Positions 46,253 through 57,219 are shown, numbered from the stretch's first letter. The stretch is DNA of 64,000 nt from an uncultured delta proteobacterium (GCA_963704165.1 CAVPHD010000004.1:254429-318428), one strand, 5' to 3'. Notes: generated by a model not told the origin, from the sequence alone. Program-made: numbers and translations.

Positions 46253-47546
46253 GTGCGTGCCGTGCTCGCGCTCTCGGCGGCCGTCGTCCTCGCCGCGTGC
46301 ATCACCGGAGCGAACCGCGTTTCGATCGAGCCGCACCTCGACTGGTCGATCGCGAACGGCGAGGCTCGCGCGGGTGGGCCGAGACTCGGCCTCGGCGCGA
46401 TCCGTCGACGTGCGCCCGGCGTCGACTCTCGAGAGCGAGCGCCCTGCGCTCGAGCTGACCTGGTGGGGGATCGCGCGCGAGGGTGTCGAGCGCAGCGGCG
46501 ACGACACGTTCGAAGAGCCCGTGATCGATGCTTTGCGTGCGGATCTGCTCGCGACGCTCGAGCGTTCGGGGACGTTCGCGGCCGTGGAGCCCGTGGCCTT
46601 CGATCCTCGCCGGGCCGGAGCGTGGCCCGACGGCGTGGACCCGGACTTCGTTCTCGTCGGCGAGCTCGAGGAGTTCCGGGGATCCCAGTGGCACAGCTTC
46701 GTCGTGACACCGTTTCGCGTCGGGTTCGTGCGCGATCGCTGGGGTGCGCCCCGGGGCCGCGTCGCGCTCCGTTTCGAGCTCTGGTCCCGAGACGGCCGGG
46801 TCGCCGACGGACGCGTTTCAACGCGAAGGGAGCGGACGCAAGGCGGTCTCGCGGATGCGGTGCTCGAGGCCCTCGCCGTGAACCACGAGGCGCTGGCTTC
46901 ACGGCTCGATGCCCACCTTCGCCCTCGCGATCGGCCGCTGCGCGAGCTCGAGGTCCGCGTGCTCGACGCGTGCGCCGTCGGGACCGACGGCGTCCGGCGG
47001 CTCTTCGCCGAGATCAACGCCGTCTTCTCGCGCGAGGCCGAGATCCTATGGGTCGCGCGGCCGGAGACCTGGACGCCGCGGCCGGCGGCACGCGACCTCG
47101 ACGCGCTGCTCGAAGCGGTGAAGCGCGTCGATCCTCCACCCGGAGGCGTCGTGCTCGCGCTCGCGCCGGAGGAGCAGGTGCGCGACTTCTCGTTCGGTGC
47201 GCGGCGAACCGGTCTCGCGGTTCCGCTCGGTCGTCACGCCGTCGCGCTCTGCCCGGAGAAGGGCGAGGCGAGCGTGGGGACGGCGGCTCACGAGCTCGCG
47301 CACCTCTTCGGCGCGGTGCACGTTCGCGAGTCGTCGTCGATCATGAATGCCACTTCCGAGTTCGACGCCCGCTTCTTCGACCCGCTCAATCGCCGGATTC
47401 TGCGCGAACTTCGCGTGCGCGATTTCGATCGCCCTCTCGACGCCACCGTGAGCGCGCGGCTCTCCGCGATCTACCGCGCGGCCGAGCGTCACCCCGACCG
47501 GGTCGATCGGGCCGCGATCGAGAGCGCGCTGCGCACGTTGCCATAG
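46253..47546 (+). CDS. Lipoprotein with C-terminal metzincin zinc-peptidase domain, one apparent extra base (~46403)
   Basis: Lipobox LAAC; HELAHLFGAVH plus Met-turn SSIMN. Confidence 0.8.
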
Positions 47547-47578
47547 CGGGCGCCCCGCGCGACTCCGCCTGCGCGAAA

Positions 47579-48541
47579 TCAGAGCTGGGTGGAGAGCTCG
47601 GCGAGAAGTTCGAGCGCGGATTCGATCTCGGCGGCCTCGGCGCCCGGGACCTGCACGCGAGCGATCAGGTGGGTCATGCCGATCGCTTCACGGTAGCTCG
47701 CGATTCCGTCGGCGACCTCGGAGGCTCCGCCGACGAGCGCGAAACTCGAGACGTCGGATTCCGCGGCGCGGCGGATGCTCGCGGCCCTGGATCCGGCGAG
47801 CGCCGCGGTCTGGGCGGAGAGCGCGTCCCGGACGCGTGCGGCGAGCGCGTCGTCCTTGCAGATGAAGACCGTGCGCATGACCGGCACGGCCAGGGCTTCC
47901 GCGGGTGCTGCCGTGCTCGACACGCTCCGGTGTCGCTCGTGGTTCTCGACGAGCGTCTCGAGCGACTCGATCGGCGAGGCCAGATACGGCAGGCCCAGTC
48001 GCCCGGCCTGCTCGACGGCCTTCGGGCCGAACGCAGCGACCCAGAGCGGCGGGTGCGGCCGTTGGACCGGGAGCGGTGCGAGTCGAACGGCTTCGCCGCC
48101 GTCGCCGTCGGTCGTGATCGGCTCACCGCTCCAGGCGCGCACCATTTGTTCGAGGGCCGCTTGAAAACGATCTCGCTTCTCGCTCGGGGGCACGGCGAAC
48201 GCCGCGAACAGGTCGGAGCGAAAGCCGCGTCCGATGCCCAGGATCACGCGTCCCTCCGAGAGTCGATCGAGCACGGCGACGTCTTCCGCGACCTGGAGCG
48301 GGTGACGTACCGGCAGCAAGTACGACGTCGTCCCGAGCTTCAGGGTGCGGGTGTGTGCTGCCACCGCGGCGAGCAGGAGGAGTGGCTGAGGCAGGGCTCC
48401 CCGGGCGCTGAAATGGCTTTCGGGAAGCCAGAACGACGCGAACCCGAGTGACTCGGCGCGCTCGCCCTGCGCGACGAGCGGACCGGCGGCTCCGTGGATG
48501 TCGGGCCGCCAGGGCGTGAGACCGACGTGGAGCCGACTCAT
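47579..48541 (-). CDS. LLM-class flavin-dependent oxidoreductase
   Basis: AESLGFASFWLPESHF, VAEDVAVLDRLSEGRVILGIGRG. Confidence 0.92.
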   Translation of the reverse strand: MSRLHVGLTPWRPDIHGAAGPLVAQGERAESLGFASFWLPESHFSARGALPQPLLLLAAVAAHTRTLKLGTTSYLLPVRHPLQVAEDVAVLDRLSEGRVILGIGRGFRSDLFAAFAVPPSEKRDRFQAALEQMVRAWSGEPITTDGDGGEAVRLAPLPVQRPHPPLWVAAFGPKAVEQAGRLGLPYLASPIESLETLVENHERHRSVSSTAAPAEALAVPVMRTVFICKDDALAARVRDALSAQTAALAGSRAASIRRAAESDVSSFALVGGASEVADGIASYREAIGMTHLIARVQVPGAEAAEIESALELLAELSTQL

Positions 48542-49876
48542 CGGCCCTCGAAGAGCCGCGGCAGCAGCGCTCGCACCGGATTGACCCGCACGCCGAGTTG
48601 CTGCGAGACGCCGGAGAGCAGACCGAGCACGCGTCCGAGCAGGAAGACGTGAGGCGGGACGCTCGCGAGCGGGTCCTCACGAAGAAGTCCGCCGATCTCG
48701 GAGCCGAGCACCGGAACGACCGAAGCGAAGCCGTCCGAGTCCGCGCGTCGCAGCGCCGAGGTGATCCGCTCCGCGATCTCCTCGATGGTGCGTGCGGCGG
48801 GATCTCGGGTTTCGAGCCCGAGTGCGATCAGTGCCGCGGCGGTGCCCGTCGGATCGCGCGCGAGCAGGCTCTGGATCAGCGCGACCGCACCCGAATGAAA
48901 GCTCGCCGGCACTTCCTGCACGATTCCGAAGTCGACGAAGCAGAGCTCGAACTCGCCGTTTCGGCCGGGCAGAACCAGCAGGTTGCCGGGGTGCGGGTCG
49001 CCGTGGAAGAAGCCGTGCTCGAAAACCTGTGCGGCGTAGGCGTCGAGAAGTGTGTCGAGCACTCGCGAGCCATCGACCCCTGCACGCTCGAGTCTCGCGC
49101 GGTCGGTCACCCGAATGCCGGGAAGATACTCGCTCACCAGCACTCGCTCGCGCGTGAATTCCGGAACGCACCAGGGAATTCGCACGCGGTGATCGCCGGC
49201 GAAGTTGCTGCGCCATTCGCGAAGCGCTCTCTTCTTCGAGCCGGAAGTCGAGTTCGCGGTCGAGGCTCTGTTCGAGCTGGTCGAGCAGGATCGAGAAGCC
49301 GAGCGCCCCCTCGATGCTCTGGATCGCGCGGGCCGCGAGACGAAGCGTACCGAGGTCGGCCTGGAGCACGCCGCGCACGTCGGGTCGCTGGATCTTGATG
49401 GCCACCTCGCGTCCATCGAGGAGCGTCGCGCGGTGCACCTGCGCGAGCGACGCCGATGCGATCGGTCGGCGCCAGATGCGCGCGAAGAGGGCTTCGGGCT
49501 CGGCGCCGAGTTCCTCGCAGAGAACGCGGCGAACGTCCGCGTACGGCAGCGGGTGCGCTCGGTCCTGAAGCCGGGCCAGCCGCTCGATGTAGACGGGCGG
49601 GAGCACGTCGGCGCGCGTCGCCAGGAACTGCCCGGCCTTGAGCAGCACGCCGCCGAGATCACTCGCGGCGTCGTTCAGCGTAGATGCGGAGATCCGGTCC
49701 CAGCGGCGGCGCGCGATACCGACGACGCCGCGCAGAACGCCACGATCGAGCCAGTGCAGGCCCTTGTAGCCGATGTAGATGCCCGCGATCGTGCTGCCCG
49801 TGCGCGCGGCGCGGCGCAATCGTTCGCGCCGACCGAGCTCGACGCTCGACGCCGCGGGGGCCGCGGGCTGCGTCAC
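48538..49876 (-). CDS. ABC1/UbiB-family atypical kinase, one apparent extra base (~49213)
   Basis: LKAGQ, PIASASLAQVHRA, VAIKIQRP, ELDFRLE; in the shifted frame FFHGDPHPGN, VDFG. Confidence 0.9.
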
Positions 49877-49895
49877 GACGAATCCTCGGAGTTCT

Positions 49896-51260
49896 TCACC
49901 AAAGCTTCGGGGGCTCCTCCGGGCAACTCCACGATCCCTCGAGACCCCGTTCCGCGAGTTTGGCTGCGAGCGCCCGATCTTCGGCCGTGGGCTCCGTGCG
50001 AGCCGCGACGTCGGGCGAGTCCCAGGACTCCATGGCCTCGCCAGCCTCGACGTCGACCATGTCTTCGTCGGCGAACTCGTCGGGATCGGCGGCCGCGAAC
50101 TCGTACGGCGGGCTGTACTGACACTGGACCCAGAGCACGCTCGCGAACTCGAGGGCATAGGAGTCCCCGTAGTTCGAGTACGCGAAGCGGTCGTCATCGT
50201 CGCGGATCAGGCCGATCGCCGGGCGTGGAACCGCTTCGAGGTACTTGGGGACGAGATCCTCGAGCGTCTCGGGATAGGTGCTGAGATCCTTCTTGTACGT
50301 CTCGAGCGCGACCAGGAGATCGAGTGCGGTCTCGTCACGCGCCGCGCGCTGGAGCGCTGAAGCGATTTGCGCGGAGCCGAAGATCGCCGCGAGCAGGAGC
50401 GCTCCAGCCGTGAGTCGGAACAGGCCGGAACGTCGGCCTTCTTCCGCGTCGCGTGGCGCGAACACCAGGCACACGAGCGAATGGAGTGCGGCGATGAAGG
50501 CGACCGCCGTCCAGCCGCTCGGTGCGGTGAAGATGAGCCAGCCCGAAGCGAGACCGACGACGACCGCGACAAGCTCGCCGAGCGCGAACCCGGGCGCGCC
50601 TCCGACGCGATTGCGAATCCAGACCGCCGCGCCGCCGGCCGCGTGCGCCGCAGCGATCGTCGCGCCGACGAGCAGGAAGCCCACGAGCGTCACGATCGGC
50701 CACGGACTGATGTTGAACGGCATGTCGCCGTTGGTGCCCGTGACCTCGGTGGAGAGCACGAAGATCGAAGCGGCCGCGGCCCCGACCGCGAGCGCGGTCA
50801 GCGCGACCGATCTCCGCACCAGTCCCCGCAGCAGCGAGGGCGAGAAGACGATCAGACTCGTGATCGCGGTGAACGAGATCACCACCGCGCCAAATCGCCA
50901 CTCGAAGAACCGCCAGACCTGCTCCGCTCGATAGCCGTACCAGACGAAGATGCACATCGTGAGCGCCAGGAAGAACACGTAGGCACGAGCGACCGCGCTT
51001 CCCCGGAAGAGCGTGAACGACGCGGCGAAGAGCGCGAGCGGCGGCCCGCAGAACAAGGCAAAGGGTACGAGCGCATCGGGAAGGCTCGAGCGCGCCATCG
51101 CGGTGAGACCGGTGAACGGCAACCAGCGCACGAAGCTTCCCCAGGGATGCCACCACTCGAGATCGTCGAGGTACTCGGACGCGGACGGTCCGGCACCGAA
51201 GCCGAAGTAGTACACGCAGGCGAGCGCCGTCACGCCCGCGAGGAAGACGAGCCGAACCAC
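49896..51260 (-). CDS. Polytopic membrane protein with soluble C-terminal domain
   Basis: About 10-11 hydrophobic segments, then LETYKKDLSTYPETLEDLVPKYL and an acidic insert. Confidence 0.7.
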   Translation of the reverse strand: MVRLVFLAGVTALACVYYFGFGAGPSASEYLDDLEWWHPWGSFVRWLPFTGLTAMARSSLPDALVPFALFCGPPLALFAASFTLFRGSAVARAYVFFLALTMCIFVWYGYRAEQVWRFFEWRFGAVVISFTAITSLIVFSPSLLRGLVRRSVALTALAVGAAAASIFVLSTEVTGTNGDMPFNISPWPIVTLVGFLLVGATIAAAHAAGGAAVWIRNRVGGAPGFALGELVAVVVGLASGWLIFTAPSGWTAVAFIAALHSLVCLVFAPRDAEEGRRSGLFRLTAGALLLAAIFGSAQIASALQRAARDETALDLLVALETYKKDLSTYPETLEDLVPKYLEAVPRPAIGLIRDDDDRFAYSNYGDSYALEFASVLWVQCQYSPPYEFAAADPDEFADEDMVDVEAGEAMESWDSPDVAARTEPTAEDRALAAKLAERGLEGSWSCPEEPPKLW

Positions 51261-51386
51261 CGGAACCCTCCGTCAGAGACGCGCACACGCGCGTGAGCTG
51301 ATCCCGCGGGCACGAGCGCCCGCGAAGCTCCAGCCATCCGCCGCGATTCTACCGCGAAGCCGGGCGAAGCTCTTGCGGAATCGGCC

Positions 51387-51776
51387 CTACTTCCGTCGGG
51401 TGACGAGCGAGAGCTCCGGAGAACGCTCGGTGCCCTTGCGCTCACCCGAGATCGAGATCCGGAGCTCGAGATCGTTGTCTGCGAGCAGCTTGCTCACGAC
51501 CTGCGTCAGGTCGATCGTGCGCAGCCAGGCGCCGAACTCGGCCGACATCCGCTCGATCATCTCGGACCGGAGCTCCGTGCTCTGACGGTTCGCGTAGTCG
51601 ACCCAGTCTCGCGGCACGGAATCGGAGAAGGCCCTTCGGACGGCGTCCTCGGTCGCGAAGAAGCTCGAGAAGCCCATCTGGGCGGTGCGCCGGATGGCCT
51701 CGTGGAGCAGGGCCTCGAAAAGGCCCGCCCGACCCTGCGCGTCCCGCTCGAAGTCGTCGTCCCGGTCTCGACCCAT
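51387..51776 (-). CDS. Hypothetical helical protein
   Basis: Fills the gap between genes; typical codon usage; no recognised motif. Confidence 0.65.
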   Translation of the reverse strand: MGRDRDDDFERDAQGRAGLFEALLHEAIRRTAQMGFSSFFATEDAVRRAFSDSVPRDWVDYANRQSTELRSEMIERMSAEFGAWLRTIDLTQVVSKLLADNDLELRISISGERKGTERSPELSLVTRRK

Positions 51777-51841
51777 CTGCGCATGATAGCAGGGGGGAGT
51801 TGGAGCGGCCGCGATTGTAACGCGACGGCCCCCCGTGATAG

Positions 51842-52267
51842 ATGGGGCGTGTGGTCCCAGTTTGCGACGTCATGAAGAAGAACGTGGTGCGGATCTCCGC
51901 GGACGACACGCTTTGGATCGTCAAGGAGATCATGGATCTCGGCAGCGTCCGACACATCCCGGTGGTGGACCGTGGGACGCTGGTCGGTGTGGTCTCGCAG
52001 CGGGACCTGCTGCGCGCCTCGCTCTCGAACATCATCGGGATCTCCGCCGAAGAGCAGAAGATCTTCCTCGAAGGCGTGCAGATCTCGGAGGTGATGTCGG
52101 TTCCGCCGCGCACCATCGCACCGGACGAGGGCATCCAGACCGCGGCGCGAATGATGGCCGAGAACAAGATCGGTTGCCTGCCCGTGGTCGACGGTCGCGA
52201 GATCGTCGGCATCCTGACCGAGACCGACGTCCTGCGATACTTCGCGATGCTTCCGGCGCAGGGCTAG
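51842..52267 (+). CDS. CBS-pair domain protein
   Basis: VCDVMKK, RHIPVVD...GVVSQRDL, GCLPVVD...GILTETD. Confidence 0.93.
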   Translation: MGRVVPVCDVMKKNVVRISADDTLWIVKEIMDLGSVRHIPVVDRGTLVGVVSQRDLLRASLSNIIGISAEEQKIFLEGVQISEVMSVPPRTIAPDEGIQTAARMMAENKIGCLPVVDGREIVGILTETDVLRYFAMLPAQG

Positions 52268-53688
52268 ACCTCGAGCGTCGCCCAGCGTCCCTTTCTGAAG
52301 CGCCAGAGCAGCAGCGTCGCCTTCATCGCGTAGTCGAGCACGAGCATGCTCCAGACCACCTGCACCCGCGCTTCGAAGACGTACGCGGCGAGCGCCGCCG
52401 GGAGCAGTCTGCACAGGAACAGGCCCGCAAAGATCGCGAAGAGCGGGAAGCGCGTGTCGCCCGCGCCGCGCAGCGCGCCGCCGATCGTGAACTCGATCGC
52501 CATCAGAGGCTGCACCAATCCGAGCGTCCAGATGAAGTCGACCGTGAGCTCGATCACCCGCGGGTCGGTGCTGAAGACGCCCGCGAGCGCGGGTGCAGCG
52601 GCGATCGTCGCGGCGCCGAGCACGCTCATCGAGAGGATCGCGCCCCACATCGACCGCCAGGTCGAGCGCTCGGCGAGCTTCGGCTCACCCTCGCCGAGGT
52701 GCTGTCCGACGAGCGTCGCGGCCGCGGTCGCGAAGCCGATCCCGGGAAGAAACGAGAACGACAGGATCTGGGCGCCGACGTTGTACGCGGCGATCGCGGC
52801 CGTCTCGTAGCCGCCGAGCACGCGCATGAACGTGAGCAGACCGGTCTGGAAGATCACGCCCTCGAAGGCGGCCGGATAGCCGATGCGGAGGATGCGCCCG
52901 AGAACCGCTCGGTCGGGCCACGGACTCGCTCCCGATGGCTTGACCGCGAGTCGGCCACTCTGCCAGAGCCACCAGAACACGGGCAGCTGCAGCGAGACCG
53001 CGATCGTCGAGGCGATTCCCGCCCCCGCGACTCCGAGCGCCGGAAAGCCGAGTCGTCCGTAGATCAACGCCCAGCAGAGCCCGACGTTGAGCAGGTTCGC
53101 GAACGCTCCGATCCAGAGCGGTGTCCGCGTGTCGCCGGCCGACCGCAGCGCGGCGCCGAAGACGATCGCGAGCGTCATCGGCACGTTCCCGACGATCGTC
53201 CAGTACAGATACACACCGCCGAGCGCGACGACGTTCTCGTTCACGCCGTAGAGCGAGACCGCGAAGTCGGAGAGCGGCAGCAGGACGACGGTCGAGATCG
53301 CGCCGATCGCGGAGCCCAGCCACAGACCCTGACGCAAGCTCGCATCGACGAGCTTCGAGTTCCCGGCGCCGACCGCGCGCGAGAGCAGCGCGACCAGCCC
53401 CGTCGGTGCCAGCGTCGCGAGCGACTGCACCAGCCAGAAGAATTGGTTTCCGATGCCAACCGCCGCGAGCGCGTCGGCGCCGAGGTTTCCGACCATCGCG
53501 AAGCTCACCCAGCGCACGAGCGACTGGGTCAGGAACGACAGAATCGTCGGCCACGCGAGCTCCCAGACGCCGAGCGACGCGGGCGAGGCCGACGGGGGAG
53601 AGGATCCTTCCTCGTAGAGGTCGACGAGATCGGATGCGAGCTCGGGAGCGATCTCCGGCTCGCCGGAGGTGTGGCGCGTCCCGCTCAC
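52264..53688 (-). CDS. MATE family efflux transporter
   Basis: ELAWPT, ALAAVG, RSAGDTRTP, LRGAGDT; about 12 TM. Confidence 0.92.
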   Translation of the reverse strand: MSGTRHTSGEPEIAPELASDLVDLYEEGSSPPSASPASLGVWELAWPTILSFLTQSLVRWVSFAMVGNLGADALAAVGIGNQFFWLVQSLATLAPTGLVALLSRAVGAGNSKLVDASLRQGLWLGSAIGAISTVVLLPLSDFAVSLYGVNENVVALGGVYLYWTIVGNVPMTLAIVFGAALRSAGDTRTPLWIGAFANLLNVGLCWALIYGRLGFPALGVAGAGIASTIAVSLQLPVFWWLWQSGRLAVKPSGASPWPDRAVLGRILRIGYPAAFEGVIFQTGLLTFMRVLGGYETAAIAAYNVGAQILSFSFLPGIGFATAAATLVGQHLGEGEPKLAERSTWRSMWGAILSMSVLGAATIAAAPALAGVFSTDPRVIELTVDFIWTLGLVQPLMAIEFTIGGALRGAGDTRFPLFAIFAGLFLCRLLPAALAAYVFEARVQVVWSMLVLDYAMKATLLLWRFRKGRWATLEV

Positions 53689-53804
53689 GGCGCGCGGGTT
53701 ATCTCACAGGCGTGTGCGCGCGTCAAAATCCTCTGATTGACACGGGTTTCGCGATCTTCTAGGAATCGGTCGTCGGCGACTCGCCGGCGGGGGGAGGCGA
53801 AGAA

Positions 53805-55349
53805 ATGGCGTTGCTCCAGCCGGTGACTCCGCGCGAGCTTCACGGCCGCCGCAAGCTCGAGGTGTTCTCGCCTGCGACGCTCGAGCGGCTCGGCGAGATC
53901 GAGGTCGCGAGTCCCGACGACGTGCGTGCAGCCGTGGCGCGCGCGCGTGCCGCGCAGCCGGACTGGGCGGCCCGGAGCTTCGACGAACGCGCTCGGTTCC
54001 TGCTCCGCGCGCGCGATCTGCTCGTCGAGCGCGCGGACGAGATCGCCGACGTGATCTGCCGCGACACCGGCAAGCCAAAGCTCGAGGCGATGACGTCGGA
54101 GATCCTCGGGGCCTGCGACGCACTGACGTTCTACGCCAAGAACGCGAAACGTCTGCTCCGCGACGAGAAGAAGAGTCTTCACCTGATGAAGACGAAGAAG
54201 CTCGTGCTCTCGTACCGGCCGATCGGCGTGATCGGAATCATCACGCCCTGGAATTTCCCGTTCCTGCTCTCGCTCAACCCGGCCGTTCAGGCGCTCGCAG
54301 CCGGGAATACGGTCGTGCTCAAGCCCTCGGAGATCACGCCCTTCGTCGGTCTCGCACTCGCCGCGCTCTTCGCGGATGCGGGGCTGCCCGAGAACGTCTT
54401 CCAGGTCCTGATCGGGGATGGAGCGACCGGGGCCGCGCTCGTCGACGCCGGTTGCGACAAGATCTCGTTCACGGGATCCGAACGCACCGGGCGGAAGATC
54501 GGCGAGACCTGCGGGCGTGCGCTCGTACCGTGCACGCTCGAGCTTGGCGGCAAGGATCCGATGATCGTCTGCGACGACGCCGACATCGAACGCGCCGCGC
54601 GCGGTGCGGTCTGGGGTGCGTTCACGAACTCCGGCCAGGTGTGCATGTCCACGGAGCGGGTCTACGTGGTCGAGAAGGTCGCGCAGGCGTTCACCGACCG
54701 CGTCGTCGCGCTCACGCGCGAGCTGCGGCAAGGACCGGAGGCCGAGGGCGACGTCGATGTCGGCGCGATCACGAGCCCCGCCCAGCTCGAGATCATCGAG
54801 CGGCACGTCTCCGACGCCGTGGCCAAAGGTGCGAAGATCCTGACCGGGGGTCGGCGCAATCCGGCGTATCCGGGGCTCTTCTTCGAGCCGACCGTGCTCG
54901 TCGACGTGAATCACGACATGGCGATCATGCGCGACGAGACGTTCGGTCCGTGTCTTCCGATCCAGGTCGTGAGCGACGAGGAAGAGGCGCTGCGACTCGC
55001 GAACGACTCCAGCTACGGGCTGCAGGCGAGCGTCTGGACGCGGGACACGTGGAAGGGAAAGCGCCTTGCGAATCGGATCTCGGCGGGCGGCGTGGTCGTC
55101 GACGATTGCATCGTCACCTACGGAATCACCGAGAGCCCGTTCGGCGGCGTGAAGGAGAGTGGACTGGGGCGCGTGAACGGAGAGCTCGGTCTGAAGAGCT
55201 TCTGCAACGTGCAGTCGGTCGTGCTGCCGCGAATTCGCGGGAAGTCGGAGATGCTCTGGTATCCGTACAGCGCGAAGACGCTTCGCCTGGTGAAGCGAGC
55301 GCTCTCGCTCTTGTACCGGTCACCGCTCGGCAAGCTGCTCGGAAACTGA
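53805..55349 (+). CDS. Aldehyde dehydrogenase
   Basis: ITPWNFP, VLKPSE, FTGS, LELGGKDP, NSGQVC, ETFGP, PFGGVKESG. Confidence 0.96.
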   Translation: MALLQPVTPRELHGRRKLEVFSPATLERLGEIEVASPDDVRAAVARARAAQPDWAARSFDERARFLLRARDLLVERADEIADVICRDTGKPKLEAMTSEILGACDALTFYAKNAKRLLRDEKKSLHLMKTKKLVLSYRPIGVIGIITPWNFPFLLSLNPAVQALAAGNTVVLKPSEITPFVGLALAALFADAGLPENVFQVLIGDGATGAALVDAGCDKISFTGSERTGRKIGETCGRALVPCTLELGGKDPMIVCDDADIERAARGAVWGAFTNSGQVCMSTERVYVVEKVAQAFTDRVVALTRELRQGPEAEGDVDVGAITSPAQLEIIERHVSDAVAKGAKILTGGRRNPAYPGLFFEPTVLVDVNHDMAIMRDETFGPCLPIQVVSDEEEALRLANDSSYGLQASVWTRDTWKGKRLANRISAGGVVVDDCIVTYGITESPFGGVKESGLGRVNGELGLKSFCNVQSVVLPRIRGKSEMLWYPYSAKTLRLVKRALSLLYRSPLGKLLGN

Positions 55350-55356
55350 GGCGACG

Positions 55357-56403
55357 TTGCTGCTCGCGGACCTCGCGGCCGCGCTCTCGCTCGAATTCGA
55401 GGGTGACGGATCGGTTTCGCTCGACGGGGTCGCGAGTCTCGAAGACGCCGGACCGAGCGAGCTCGCCTTCGTCACCGGTGCCAGGTACCAGGGCGCGTTC
55501 GCCGCTTCGCGAGCGGGCGCGTTTCTGCTGCCGCCGGGCTTCGACGCGCTCGACCGGCCCTGTCTGCGCTCGCCGGCCGCCTATGCGGACTTCGCGCGTG
55601 CGATCGACCTGTTCCACCCGAGGCGCCTCCCCGCGCCGGGCATCCACGCGAGCGCGGTCGTCGCCTCCGACGCGGTGATCGGGGCCGAAACGTCGGTCGG
55701 AGCTTGCGCCGTCGTCGGGGCGGGAGCTCGGATCGGCGCGCGAGTTTGCATTCACCCACACGTCACGGTGTATCCCGACGTCGAGATCGGCGACGACAGC
55801 GAGATCCACTCCGGCGCGCAGCTTCGAGAGGGTGTGCGAATCGGCAAGCGCGTTCTGATCAACAACGGTGCGGTGATCGGCGCGCCCGGCTTCGGCTTCA
55901 CCACGCGCGCAGACGGCGTTCGCGTGCGCATTCCGCACGTGTGTCCGGTCGAGATCGGTGACGACAGCGAGATCGGTGCGAACACCACGATCGACGCTTC
56001 GCATCCGGGACACCTGCGACGCGGGCACGCGCAGGTTCGCACCCGGATCGGCGTCGGCGTGAAGATCGACAACGGCGTGCAGATCGCCCACGGCTGCGAG
56101 ATCGGCGACCACTCGACGCTCTGCGCCCACGTCGGGCTCGCGGGCAGCACCGTGATCGGGCGCTTCGTGTACGTCGGCGGCAAGGCGGCGAGCGCGGGGC
56201 ACCTGACGATCGGAGACCTCTCGCTCGTCGGCGCGATGGCCGCCGTTTCGGGTGATCTCCCGCCGGGTTCGCAGGTTCTGGGCGTCCCCGCGATCGAGCG
56301 TGGTCTCTGGGCGAAGGTCATCGCGGCCCAGAAGCGTCTGCCAGAGCTCCTGCGCCGCGTCCGCGGGATCGAGAAGCGTCTCGACCGAGACGGTGGGGAC
56401 TAG
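55357..56403 (+). CDS. lpxD: UDP-3-O-acyl-glucosamine N-acyltransferase
   Basis: LpxD N-domain; hexapeptide repeats; IGAPGFGF, KIDNGVQIAH, AGHL. Confidence 0.88.
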   Translation: MLLADLAAALSLEFEGDGSVSLDGVASLEDAGPSELAFVTGARYQGAFAASRAGAFLLPPGFDALDRPCLRSPAAYADFARAIDLFHPRRLPAPGIHASAVVASDAVIGAETSVGACAVVGAGARIGARVCIHPHVTVYPDVEIGDDSEIHSGAQLREGVRIGKRVLINNGAVIGAPGFGFTTRADGVRVRIPHVCPVEIGDDSEIGANTTIDASHPGHLRRGHAQVRTRIGVGVKIDNGVQIAHGCEIGDHSTLCAHVGLAGSTVIGRFVYVGGKAASAGHLTIGDLSLVGAMAAVSGDLPPGSQVLGVPAIERGLWAKVIAAQKRLPELLRRVRGIEKRLDRDGGD

Positions 56404-56409
56404 GCCGAC

Positions 56410-57219
56410 GTGGAGATCGCGGGGGTCGCGCTGGCTCGACTGCGGGAGCGTTTCGTCGCCGACGGCGAGGTCGTGACGCCCGAAGTGCTTCAGGCGCTGC
56501 GCGCCGATCGGCGCGGCGGAGCTCGCGAGCTCGCGGAGTCCCTCTCGGCGCGAGCGCGTCGCGAGGAGGTGGAGCGGTGCCGCCTTGCCGGGCTCTTCGC
56601 GCTCGAGCGCGAGCTCGCCTCCGAGGGCTACGCTCGGATCGCGGGGGTCGACGAAGTCGGTATGGGACCGCTCGCGGGCCCCGTCGTCGCGGCCGCCGTG
56701 ATCCTTCCCGCGGACGCATGGCTGCCCGGTCTGGACGACTCGAAGCGGCTCTCGCGTGTCGCGCGCGAGCGACTGGCGGGCGAGATCGAGCGCATCGCCG
56801 TCGGCGTCGCGCTCGGGTCGGTCGAGCCGGGCGAGATCGACCGCGTGAACGTGTACCGGGCCGGCTTGCTCGCGATGCGGCGCGCCGTCGACGGGCTCGC
56901 GAGCCCTCCCGACGTCCTCGTCGTCGATTCTCGCCGCGTTCCGGGCGTGGCGTGCCGCCAGGAGTCGCTCGTCGGCGGGGATTCCCGAGTGGCCGCGATC
57001 GCAGCGGCCTCGGTCGTCGCGAAGGTCTGGCGTGACGCCCGCATGGCAGAGCTTGCGCGACACCATCCCGGGTACGGCTTCGACCGACACTCAGGCTACG
57101 GAACGCCCGAACACCTCGAGGTTCTGGCGCGGCTCGGGCCGAGCCCGATCCACCGCCGCTCGTTCGAGCCCGTTCGCGCCTCGGCTGCGCGGTTCGGGGA
57201 TTCATGCCGCACGTCGTGA
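56410..57219 (+). CDS. rnhB: Ribonuclease HII
   Basis: AGVDEVGMGPLAGPVVAAA, LDDSKRL, GDSRVAAIAAASVVAK, HRRSF. Confidence 0.95.
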   Translation: MEIAGVALARLRERFVADGEVVTPEVLQALRADRRGGARELAESLSARARREEVERCRLAGLFALERELASEGYARIAGVDEVGMGPLAGPVVAAAVILPADAWLPGLDDSKRLSRVARERLAGEIERIAVGVALGSVEPGEIDRVNVYRAGLLAMRRAVDGLASPPDVLVVDSRRVPGVACRQESLVGGDSRVAAIAAASVVAKVWRDARMAELARHHPGYGFDRHSGYGTPEHLEVLARLGPSPIHRRSFEPVRASAARFGDSCRTS

